A stretch of DNA of 64,000 nucleotides from Lama glama. Lineage: Eukaryota. The notes beneath the pieces are model-generated. The model had not been told where the DNA came from, made no database searches, and worked only from the letters and a program-made list of their open reading frames with translations. The stretch is from assembly GCA_028534125.1 (NCBI GenBank), contig CM052842.1:992001-1056000 (forward strand). The letters run 5' to 3'. Below are positions 45,901 through 57,900 of this stretch, piece by piece (within the stretch, counting starts at the first letter, position 1; every line of letters begins with the position of its first letter). The position numbers were made by a program, and so were the translations under genes.

Positions 45901-48900
45901 GCAGGCACCACGCCTGGTGGGACCCTGACCCCAGCTCTCCCCGTGCCTGGCTCTGGGCCTGCACTCCCGTCTCCCAGAGCCAGAGCAGCAAGCACAAGCA
46001 GCAGGCGGGTGCACAGCCGGTTTATTTTCTTGACTTTCCTCGAAGTCAGCAAGGTTTCCGTGGCTGCCCCGCCCACTCCCCAGAGTCAGGAGCCCCGGTT
46101 TAATTTGCGGTNNNNNNNNNNNNNNNNNNNNNNNNNNNNNNNNNNNNNNNNNNNNNNNNNNNNNNNNNNNNNNNNNNNNNNNNNNNNNNNNNNNNNNNNN
46201 NNNNNNNNNNNNNNNNNNNNNNNNNNNNNNNNNNNNNNNNNNNNNNNNNNNNNNNNNNNNNNNNNNNNNNNNNNNNNNNNNNNNNNNNNNNNNNNNNNNN
46301 NNNNNNNNNNNNNNNNNNNNNNNACCGCCTGGGCTCTGTTCCCTTGGCGGAGGGGCTCCTGGGTGGGGGACGGGGCCGAGCGGGGAGACGCGCCAAGCCC
46401 CGCCCTGCCCACCTGCCGCAGCGGCCCAGGTGGGCGTGCCGGGGCGGGGTTTGCATGCAGGCGCGCTGGGGTTGGCTGCACCCCTCTGCCCTCGGGGGCT
46501 CCCCCACGCTACCCCTAGCGCCTACTTGGGCCGGGCGCTGGGTGAGCGCTTTCCACTGGACTTCTGCTCAGCGGGTCCCTGCAAGTGCTGGCGAGGTCCC
46601 CGCTGTGAGACCAGGTCCGCGGACACTGCCGCCACCTCCTCTCCCCACCCCTGCAGACGGCCCCGCCCTGTGGTGTCTGCAGGGCGAAACTTTCTGGAGG
46701 GGAGCAGGTGACATTCGCCTGTGGGTTGTGTAGGCACACCCTGACCTGCGGGCTGCTGAAGTCGATCGATCCAGGACAGGACGGCCTGGTTCCCGGCTTT
46801 AGGGAGAGCACCTCCTGCTCGCTGGTTTGTGTCTTCCCATGTCCTTCCCAGCGTTAGCCGCCGCTGCCAGAAAGCTCCTGACATCTTACTAGGGGAGAAA
46901 GCTGTCTGATTTGTCATGTTCAACCGTTTTTATGTTTACTGTTCGTTTGCTTCTGGCCTGTTTCTCACAGGTTTGCGAGACTCTCTAATTATTGAGGGTG
47001 GCACCCTTTTGGCAAACTATACATTTTTTTCTCAGTTTCAATTTTGCGTTTCATTTTGTTTATAAGGATTTTTTAACACGGCTTTTTACTTTCCTCTGTA
47101 TTTAAATCTGTCAGTCTTTTAAGACGTGGTATATTGATTTGCTTAGAACAGCCTTCCTCATCCCAAGATTACATGAGTTCAATTATATTTTTTTCTAGTG
47201 CTGTCTTTTCAAGTTTTACATTTAAAACTGCAATCTACCTGGAATTTATTTGGGAACATGGTGCACGATTAAAGGTCAAATTTAATTTTGTTTAATGCTT
47301 ACCTGGTTGTCTCAGGACCATTTATTAGACATTCAGACTTTTTCCCAATATTTAAAAATGTCACCTTTATCATATACAAGTTTTGTTCCTGAATTTGGCC
47401 TCTGCAGAGACCTTCCTCTTGGATTTCCCTTTGAAATCGTCCGTGGCATGTTTGCATTTTCAGTGGTCGGTTCTGTGGGTTAGCTTGCGTGCCTGCCGCA
47501 GAGGTCAGGGTATGCCCATCTCCTGCCCCTTGAGGCCTCTGTGTGCCGCTCCCGTCGCACCCCGCCCACCCCACAGATTCCACTCCTCTGGCCTTTGTCA
47601 TTCTAGACTAGCTCTGTCTCAAAACTCAAGAACTTTATGTAAGCAGGTTTGTACAGTAGGTGCTCTTTGGTGTCTGACTTCTTTGCTCACCGTTTGCTGT
47701 GGGCTGAATCGTCTGAACAGTTTCATGGGCTGCTGCCAGGAACCCCAGTGTGGCTGTATTTGGGTCTTTGCAGAGGTGATCAAGGTTAAATAAGGTCATT
47801 GGGGTGGGTCTTGGTGTCCTCACAAGAAGAGGATGAGGCAGCAGGGCTTGCCCTGCAGATGCGTGGGGGAAGGGCCCTATAAACACTCAGCAGGAGGCCA
47901 GCAAAAGGGGCCTCGCCAGGAGCCCGCCCTGAGGCCACCTTGGTCTTGAACTTGCAGCCTCCGGAACTGGGAGAAAGTCAGGCTGCCCATCTGTGGCGCT
48001 TTACGGCCAGCCGCCTGAGCCGGTGCTGTGTGTGGTGGAAGCTCCTCTTCTCTCCTTGCTGAGAAGTGCTCCCGAAAGGGTGTGCCCCTGTGCTCATTCT
48101 GCTCTCATTGGGCATCTGAGTTGTTCCCGGTCTCTGCTGTCAGTCCTGCTGGGAGCCCTATCTCTGCAGAGCTCAGCCAGGGGATGGGTGCTGGGCTGTA
48201 GTGAGAAAAGCCGGTCCCCAGCAGGACCAGGCTGTCCTGGTCTGCACTCGAGCCACAGTACGGGGGCTCAATACCCGGTACTTACACTAAAAATAAATGA
48301 ATAAAAACCTAATTACCTCTCGCTGCCCAGAAAACACACAAACAAACAAACAAACGAACGAACAAGTAGACTACTGTCTCCTTCATGAAGCACCCCTGGA
48401 GTCTTTCATCCACTTTTGTATTAGTTTGTCTTTTTATTGACTTGCCAGTGTTCTTTGTATATTATGAATGTGTTCTTCTGCCAGGTACCTCCTCACAGTG
48501 TGGGGCTTGCTTTTTCAGGATGTCTAATTTGTCGTTTTCTTTTATGAGTAGTGCTCTTTGTCTTATTTAAGAATGAGTTTCCTACCCCAAGGTCATATTT
48601 TCTTCTAGAGGCTTGACTATTTTAGCGATCACATTTAAGCCTACGACCCCCTCATAAGTTAACTTTGACTTGTGGTCTGAGGTGGGGTCTAGGTCCCTTT
48701 GCCCCCCCCCAGCGACGAGCCCTCTGCCCTCGAAGTGCTTAGATGGAGGCAGTCCTCGCCTGACCTGTGGGTCTGGCGTCCTTGCCTTCAGTGTTTGTTC
48801 CTCCAGACTAACTGCAGAGACACTGGCTCAGTTTCTCAGCCGTGCCCAGCCAGCAGCCCCACACCAGCCCAGCTACACGTAACCTTCTCCCTCTGCCTGC

Positions 48901-51900
48901 TGCTCAAGACCCTCCCGCTCTCAGTGCTGCAGGAGCCGCATCCTAGGGCTCTCGCCTGCCGCTGGGCACAGCAGCTGTCTGTTTTACGTCTGTTCGCTTC
49001 TCTCGGTGGCCCCAGCCGGTCTTGCTGGTGTCTCCGAAACCTCTGATGTCGGTGGGTCACGGTACACTTAGCTGCCCCTCGCCCACTGACTCCTGGGAGC
49101 TTTTGCTGTTGAGCTCGTGGGCCTTTCTCTGGAGTTGGCGGGGATCCCGCCGTCTGCAGGACCACCACCCCGCTTCTGGGGGAGCTGGCAGGACTCAGTG
49201 TGATTCTAGGAGGAGGAGGAGCCATCTCCCCAAGTCTGTGTGGGAGGGGCACCTGCCCCCCCAGCTCCTCTCTTCCTCAGTCTCTTTAGGAGGTAGTGAC
49301 ATGCGGGCCCCTGAGGACCAGAGCTTGTGGCATTTTGGGGTCTTGAAGTGTCCCACTTTGTCGCACGCTTCAGCATCTCAGCCTGGCCGTGCCCGGGTCA
49401 CATACACATGAGGGCAGAGCAGCAGGCGGCCAGGGGCTAGACGAGCAGCATCCCGAGAAGGGGGCTGCAGGTTGGAGAGCGCAGCACAAGGGCGGGAGCC
49501 CTGAGGCGGGTCACCAGGCTAGTGACAGGAGGCCTTGTGGAGGAGCGCAGGCCATCTGCTGCCAGAGGTCAGGCCGCCAGGCTTCTGAGCGGGGCCTCAG
49601 TGAGACCCCGGCCTGCCAGGTGGAGGGCAGCTGGCGTCAGCTAGCTGGGCACTCTGGGCTGGTCCCCGCATCCCTGGTGATGAGGGTCAGGGCCACAGAC
49701 ACCAGAGTCACCTGGAGAGAGGACACAGAGAAGGGGTTGCTGGGAGGATGGTGTGCAGCAGGGGCTGATGGGCTGGCCCAGCTTCGGGGAGGGAGCTGAG
49801 GCAGTGCCCTCGGGGCTCAGGGGACAGAGCCAGGGGTCTCGGTTAGGGGTGGGACATGGAGAGGGTACAGTGGGACGTGGCGGGGGGGAGGCTTCAGGTT
49901 CAGGTGTCAGGGTCAGTACCCTGGGGGCGTCCTCGGGCTGCGAGGGGGGCAGGGTGAGCCAGGCGCTGGCACACGGCTCCCTCAGAGGCTGTCAACCTGG
50001 GAACCAGTGAGGCAGGTGGTCTGAGGCAGGATCTAGGTCCCTTTGCCCCCTCGACTTCCTGAGGTCTTCCCAGAGAACTTTGGGCAGGGGTTCTGCTGCC
50101 CGAGTCCCCTACCCCTCTGCTTATGGCTGGTATGGAGCCCCTGCCAGCTGCAGCCCTGGGGGAGCGGCCCAGGATGAGCCGGCTGGACTTGACGTGCTCA
50201 GTGAGCTGGGGTGGGTGGGTGTTGGTGGGCAAGGGGGGGGGGATGGGGCTGAGGGAGCAGAGGAAGGGCGGGCCCTGCCCTCACCTGCTGTCAGGGGCCA
50301 GGGGGATCCTGGGCTCACAACCCAGCCTGGGGGGGTGACACTTGGGCACAGAGGATCGAGGCCCTGCCCTGGGCTGCCCAGCCACATGGCTGCCAGGTTC
50401 TGGGCCCCGGCCCCTTTGCACAACGAGCTGAACTCCGCATTCTGCAGTGGGGCCGTTCAAGCCCGACAATACCTGTTGTCTGCAGCTAACATACGAAACA
50501 CCGATAGCTTCANNNNNNNNNNNNNNNNNNNNNNNNNNNNNNNNNNNNNNNNNNNNNNNNNNNNNNNNNNNNNNNNNNNNNNNNNNNNNNNNNNNNNNNN
50601 NNNNNNNNNNNNNNNNNNNNNNNNNNNNNNNNNNNNNNNNNNNNNNNNNNNNNNNNNNNNCCTGGTCCTGCAGTCATAGTGCTGGTATTGGGAGCAGCAC
50701 GGTGAGTGTCACCCACCAGATGCCAGCTGCCTGGGCCCCGAATCATTTCCACTCATTACGGGAGAGAGATGGGCAGGGGCCTTTGGGAAGGAGCAGAGCC
50801 TTCAGTGATGACGCCTTCAGGTGGCCTGCTGGTTGGGGGCGCCATGGGAGCCAGCCCCCGGCCAGCACCCCCACCCCGCCCCTCCAGTTCCAGAGTGCCC
50901 AGCCTCTGCCCTTGGTCGGCCAGTCCCGCTCCAGGGTCATCCTATCCCTGCTGCAACCCCACCAGGGCCCTCAGGCCCTCAGGCTCCTACCCAGGCCCGT
51001 GGTCCCCCATCCACTCCTGGAAGGTGTGGCCTGGAAAGCGACTTGGGCCTGCCCCAAGGTGGTCAGAGGTCGGCAGGAAGGCGGGCGCCAGGAGTGAGGC
51101 TGCTGCAGGGGAGCTGGCGGCAGGGCAGATGCCGCGGCCTGATTCTCGGGAGCCGGGGGCCTGGAACAGGCAGGGGCCCACGTTCAGGAGGAATGAGTTG
51201 TCTGGCAGGAGGAGGTCAGGTGGCCACGGTCATCACAAGGCCCGCTCTGTCCAGTGGGCCCCTGGCTTCTGCTCCGGCGACTCCGCCCTCCCACCCAGCT
51301 GGCCCTGCATGGGCCCCTCGCCCAAGGGTCTCTCTCCCACTCCCGAGGACCCAGAATGTTCTGTCAGCACCTGCACCACAGACCGCCCAGTGCGGCCTTG
51401 GCTGCCTGGTGTCTGATGCAGGAGCTGGGCACCGCTCTGGGCCCGGAGCCGCTTCCCCGGCCAGGCTCACGGGCAGGCGTGGTGCTGTCGCTGCCAGCCG
51501 GCCGAGCTGAGGTGGCGCCCGTCAGCGTTTCCGTGGAAAGCCCACTTAAGCAGTTTGCAGCCGTCACGGTGGCGGCTGAGCCTGACCTACTTGGGATTCG
51601 CTGTGCACAGCCGCCTCCCCCGGGCCCCCTTCTGCTGACGGCGCACTCCCTGCTCGCCTCAGAGCTTCGTGGAACCGCGCTCCATTTCCTGAAAAATGCT
51701 TCCCCAGTTGTTTTCTCTGCTCCCCAGCCAGCCTGCCCGCCTCCTGCACGGTCACCACCGGCCTGGGTGGCTGGCCCGGTGAGCAGCTGGATCCCCAGCC
51801 ACGCATGGACCCTGCCCCACGGGTTGTAGCCACAGGTCACATTCCGTCCCGGGAGCCTGGCTGCACCCCACTGCCCACAGTCCTGAGTCTTCCTGCCTCT

Positions 51901-54900
51901 GCCCACCCAGCCTCCCCAGCCTCAGTCCTCCCACTGTGCCTGAGGGCTTTTCCTCGTGTAAGTGCCTGTGGGTCCCCCTCTTTGTTCTCCGGCCCGCTAT
52001 GGCCCCGTCTCCCTCCCACGGCAGCCTCTTCTCTGCCTCTTACCTGACCCCTCCGCGGATCACAGTGCATGGAACCAGGTGGCCCCCCAGCCTCCCTCCT
52101 GGTGTGCATGACCCAGCACAGGTCAGTGGAGTCACACTTGCTGGCCCGGCCCTGCCCCAGGGTGCTTGCTCCCAGGTGTGACGCTGCACTTCGTCAGGGC
52201 CCGGGGCCTGTGACTGCTAGCTGTCGGAGGTCAGGAGGGCTTCCCGTGGGCCAGACCTGATGTCTGAGCTCGGTCTGAGCTGGAAGAAGGGTGTGGGGGT
52301 AGTGGCCAGGAGGGCCAGAGGGTCTCCTGAGAGGCGGGCATCAGTTGAACAGTGGGGAGCCCCTGCAGGGTGTTAGGTGGAGCAGAGGGAACTTACTCAA
52401 ACATGTAGTTTTCAAACCAGCTGATGGGACAGGGTGGGTGCAGGGAACCCACCAGGAAGTTGTGAATGAGGCCAGGACCACCCAGACACACCCAGCCTGT
52501 GTCTAGGGTGAGAGGGCAAGTGGCTCAGTGAGGCAGGTTCCTCGGTGACTGAGGTCTGGGCCTGCCATCACTGGAGAGGTGAGGGCCCCCAGGAAGGGAG
52601 CAGGGCATGCGGAGGAGGGGAGGAGACCAGGGGGATGCCCAGGGGGCTCCCCATGAGCCTAGGGAGCCCCGCCAGACCTCCCCCCTCCGAGGGGACTGGG
52701 AAGAACGTGCCAGCAAGATGCCTCTGTGTCCAAGAGGCCTTACTGTGGGAAGGAGCCATTAGCTCCACCAGCAACTTCTTGTCCAGGGGTGGGGGCCTCT
52801 GTGCCCAGCCTTTGTGCAGCCCTTGGGCCTGGCCTTGTCCCCAGGGGGACCTGTCCCGCCCTCTCTGGGTCGTTGCGCCCTGCACTGGCTGCTGTGGGAC
52901 TAGGTGCTGGGAGGCCTTGGGAGACCTGAGGATGGACTAAGCTGGAGGGGGGCTGGAGTCCCCGCCGCCCCAGTGTGGTCCTGCCGACCCTCCCGGCGGC
53001 CCAAGGATGAGTCGGGGCTGTGCTGGCGGCGTTAGTTTAAGGCCATTGGACCTGGCGAGGAGGCCGGGGCACCTGGGCACAGCTCCAGTGCGGGACTTGC
53101 AGGGCATCCGGGAGACTGGGGCTGCCCCCAGGGTCTCTAGGGCCCGGCTGGCTCCCTGCCCCTTGCCCACCTTCAGCTGATTCTGCCTGTGATCAGGAGT
53201 GGGCCTTCACACGATGTGGCCAGGCAGCCTGCCTGTCCTCCGCCCAGGGTCTTGGGGTGCAGAGGAGGCGGCCCACTGGTCCACAGCACTCACTGCGGGG
53301 CGGGGGGGCAGCCGGCCCTCAGAAGGTCATGGGCGGGTGAGGTGTGTGCGCACACATGTTCAGGAGCCCGCCTGCCTGTCCTCTCCGTGCCTGTGCGCTC
53401 GTGCCCCAGGCTGCCAGGCTGCGTGGCCGAGGATGCCCTGGGTGGGCCTGTCTCGGCCGTACGGCCTGAGAAGCAGACCCACGGCAGAAGCACCCTCCAC
53501 ACAGTGTTGGGGGCTCCACGGACCTGCTTGGACAGGATCCTTGGTGTCCAGGGCCAGCCTTCAAAATCCCTGGGGGCTGGGAGAGCCCTGGCAGACTGGT
53601 ACTCTTGGCCGCTGCCAGTGGCGCCCCTGCAGGCCGGGTGGAGGACTCATCACACTCATCCTGTCCCCCCCCAGACCCTGACAACCCCCTCCTGGGTCCG
53701 CTTGCCCTGGCACTTCCCACTCACTTCCCAGGCACAGCAGGTGAGAGGGGCCTTGGAGAGCAGAGCCCCTCGGTCAGCCTGCACGGCCTCAGGCCTGGAG
53801 CTCTCCAGCTGCTCCCCAGGCAGCGGACACGTGGACTGCTTTTCTTTTTAAACCTACTTTGCGGTGTGTGTGTCTTTCTCCCCATTACCACTGCTTTTCA
53901 TTTAAAACGTTATCTCCCTCCACCCATCCTTCGTGCCCCCGCAGGGGGCGAGGGGAGGCCCAGCCCTCACCCCATGTAGTCAAGGTTATGGTGATAAATC
54001 CTGGGGCATTGTCACTTCTATTCGGAGTAAATTGGCTGGCCGCTTTCGGGCTGAAGGAAAGATAATTTGCTGTAGTATTTCAAATGGATTAGAAATGGAT
54101 TTGAAGGGAAAGTTCATGCCTCCCATTACAAAGGCGAGAAAGAGGACTATCTTAAGGCACGGTTCCCTCCCTGGCCTTCATTATCCACGCTTAATACCTT
54201 TCCTATTTTCCAGCGTTAATGAAATTTCCTGGCGGCGTGGGCCTGCCGGACGGATGGGAGAAGCCTTTAGATCTGAGGCTCCTGTTGTAGAAAAGGAATT
54301 ACAGGCCCTTGCCGCGAGGGCAGGAGCATTCTCCGGGTCCTTGGCCCTACTATTATCTCATTAATTTTATCCCCTCTTTTCAATACAGTTCGTTTCCAAA
54401 GGCTGTCCTCTCCATTAGGGTAACAATTTACTGGAGTGCTGTGACACCCACAGCAGTGAAAAGCTACAAGGCGTTTGGGACGGCTGCCCCCCAGCCCCCC
54501 GTTCCAGACCTCGCCTGCCTGGCACTCACCCAGCCACAGGTCCAGAGTCAGCCGGACAAGCTGGTGAGGGAAAGGCAGAGGCAGCTCTGCAGGCCTGCAG
54601 GCTGGGCCTGTTTTCCATGGGCGACAAGGACATTCCTACCTGGCCAGCCCTCCCCAAATTCTTTGGGTGCATTCACCACCCCATCCCAGGCAGTCCCAGG
54701 ACACCATCTGGGAATACAGCTTCTCCCAGCCTGCTCCCGGGCTCCTGGGTGCGCCCCTGGAGGCTGTGGGCCCAGGGCACGTGGGGCCCTGGGGCACAGG
54801 TGTGTGCAGACTGTGAGCACCAAGCCAGGGCTTCAGAGCCGGAGGCCTGCTGCACCTCCGCTCCTCCCAGGGGCCTTGGCCGCCCTGTGATTGCCAACAG

Positions 54901-57900
54901 GGCCCAGGGGCAGGGATTTTTGGGTGGGAAAGGAGATGGATTGGTTGGTCCCAGTTAACCATGAGAATAATCAACGATGTCTCAAGAAAGAAGTGTCACC
55001 TGGGATGTAATTTTAGCCATGAGAACAAATTGCGGAAGGCTGTGATTAATGAGGCCACTTCTCTTGGGTGGGAGGTGGCAGCCCCAGACTGAGGCTCCTC
55101 TGTGCGCAGAGCTGTGGGACCAGAACACCCTCTGCCCTGAAGCTTCCAGTTCCTTTGGACCTGAAGCCCTGCCAGCCTCTACCCCGCTGGGCCCTCCCTA
55201 CACTGGGCCACCTCTGCAGGGAGGGAGGGGGCTGTCCCAGTCCGGCTTCAGCAAGGAGCACATGCCCATAGGCCCAGGGCTTTCTCAACCCTTGAGAGGC
55301 TGGGCTCTGGGGCATCCAGGGCCCCGCTTCCTCCTTCCCACCTTCTCAAGGGCGTCCTGCCGCCCGTCTCTCATATATCCTAGTAGCCAGCGCCGTGGGA
55401 GGAGGGAAGGGTGGGTAGGAATGGTGGCCCAGGAAAAGCAGGGGAGGCTCCTGCGCAAGAAGAGGCAGCTGAGAGGGTCCTTTTTCCCACCCAGTGTGTC
55501 CCATTGTCTGGATCCCAAATCTGCTGGGAGGTACGGGAGCTGCCCCGAGTGGCCACTCTGCAATGAGCACCGAGCTCAGCAAGAAGCCGGTGCTGCGAGT
55601 TGACCCTGGGTGCCCAGGTGGGCTTGCCACTGGCCCCCTAACAGTGCCTCAGCCCAGGCTGGCTTATGAGAGGACAGCTGCCTCGAGGGTGGGGAGACCA
55701 CTGAAGGCTCTGAGCAGCACGGGGCTGAGGCTGTCAGGGGCCTGTCAGCCTTGGGCCGAGCAAGCTGTGGTGACCACTGGCCTGGGCTCAGCTCTCAGCC
55801 ATGGGGATCAGGACTCAGGGCAAGCTGTGCCTTTCAGACAGTAGCCACAGCTCCTGCAGAGGGTCCAGAGTCCCCAAGGCTGACAAGGTTCTGCAGAGTG
55901 GGGAGGAGACCCCACTCAGCCTTGGTGTGAGCCCAGGGGACAGGGTGCCCTGGACACCCTGACGCCAGCGTGGGGCCCCAAGGACTGACGAGAGCCCTGG
56001 GGTTCTGGCTGCCTCCCCCAGAGGATGTCCACCCCACCTGGCCCTCCTGCCTAGACGTTCCTTGTGTGGGGGCAGCCGGAGCCTGTCTGGCATGGCCAGC
56101 ATGGATCGGGCCGCTGAGGACCCTTGGTGGGAGTTGTTCCCTCCAAGATTGGTGTTTGTGAACGTGTTTTAATTAAGGGAAACTGGGTCAAGTGCTTTCA
56201 GGCGGCCGCCTTGGCTCTTCCTGCCTGAGGAAGGTCCCCAGTGCCTGGCACACTCGCACAGTTGCTCCTTGTGAGCTGGTGAGAATTACCCCTCACCTTG
56301 CAGGTGGAGAGACGGAAGCCTAGAGGGGCTGCTGGGCTGAGTGGTGGGCCTTGGCGGCTGCTGCCATCTGCCTGGGCCAGCCTGTGCGCCAGGGTACCCC
56401 GAGGCCTGCCCTGTCCTGCCTGGACTCATCGGACCCGGTCTGGGGTGTCCCTCCCTGGCCCTGTGCAGCCAGGTGGAGTTGGGGTCCATAAGCTCCCAGG
56501 GGAAGGGACTGCAGGGCATGGGGCCTCAGGGGGAGCACACTGGAGGACCCCGGAGGGAGGGGGCTGTGTGTGCTCCCAGATGAGCCCTGACTTCAGCCGG
56601 CTCCTCTACTGGGCCCTGAGCGGCCCCTGGTGGCACTGCCTGCCCAAGGGCCGCTGTCTTCACACCCTGCCCCTCCCGCTGCTTGGGCCACTTTCAGGCA
56701 GAGATGATGCTCATGGAGATAGCAGGTGCTCGTTTGCCCAGATTTGCCAGTTGGGCCTGAATGTACACTCACTAAGTGGTGATAGCGGTGTGAGCAGAGT
56801 TGAGCTGATTCGGAAGTAAGCTCAATTTGCATAAACATATTACTGCTGAAATGCACCCTGAGGGCTGAGGCCATATCCTTCCGGAGTCCTAAGGTCCCAG
56901 GCAGCAGGAAGGCCCTGACCCTTCGTGGCAGCTGGGGGAGCAAGTTGGCCAGGGCATCTGCAGGCCCACAGTCTGTGAGGCCTGAGCCAGGGGTCCTGGG
57001 ACCGCTGCCCACCGCAGCCATGGTGTCTGTGGGGGGATCTCTGTCTGAGGGAAGTACTGGTGCCTTCTCACAATCCGCTCTGCTCTTGTGTTTCCTGGGG
57101 GGATGTGTGCGTCTGGCAGGATGGGGCCCAGGGCCAGGAGGGAGAAGAACGAGGAGGGAAGGAGTCAGCAGGTGGCTGTCAGGGCCGTGTGGCTGGCCCC
57201 AGGTCTGCACTTCTGGCCTGGGCATCTGCTCAGGTAACCCCCACAGGCAGCCCGGGTCTCTGCAGCCTTGGCCCTTGAGGCAACTCCAGTCTTTTTCCGC
57301 AGACAGCTTGCCTGGGTGGGGATCCGTAAGGTTCCCATCCCCTTCCTGGGCTCTGCATGCAGTGGAAGGAGGGGTGGGGCAGGGTGGGCAGTGGAGTTCT
57401 CTGGCTCCACAGCGCCGTGGTCCCAAAGCCAGGGTGGCGTGAGTTGGGGCAGCATCCGGGAAGAGAAGCCCCTGGGCAGTGGTGGTGGCTGCTGGCCTCG
57501 GCATGGACCCTCGAGGCCGCCTCAGCATGGGTGCTGGGCCTTTCCCCTCACAGCAGAGCTCTCTCGAAGCCCCCCATGGGAGGCCAGGGCCCGGCGGTCA
57601 TGTCCCAAGGGTGTGCCTGTTGGGGGGGGGCACCTTGTCCCCTGTCTGGGGCCTTTCAGGGGCTCACACGGTCCCAGCCTAGCTGGTGGGGTTGAGGGTG
57701 CCACCTCCTGTGACAGTGGGGTCAGAGGACAGAGGCCCTGGGGCTGGGCTGATGAGCACGTCCCTGTCTCTGCAGGTCCTTGGTGCTGAACCGTCTGCGT
57801 CCGGCTGCAGCGGGCGGAAAAGCCCAGACTGGCTCTCCTCGGTGGCGGAGCAAAGGCTACCGCTGCATCGGAGGGATCCTCTACAAGGTGTCGGCCAACA

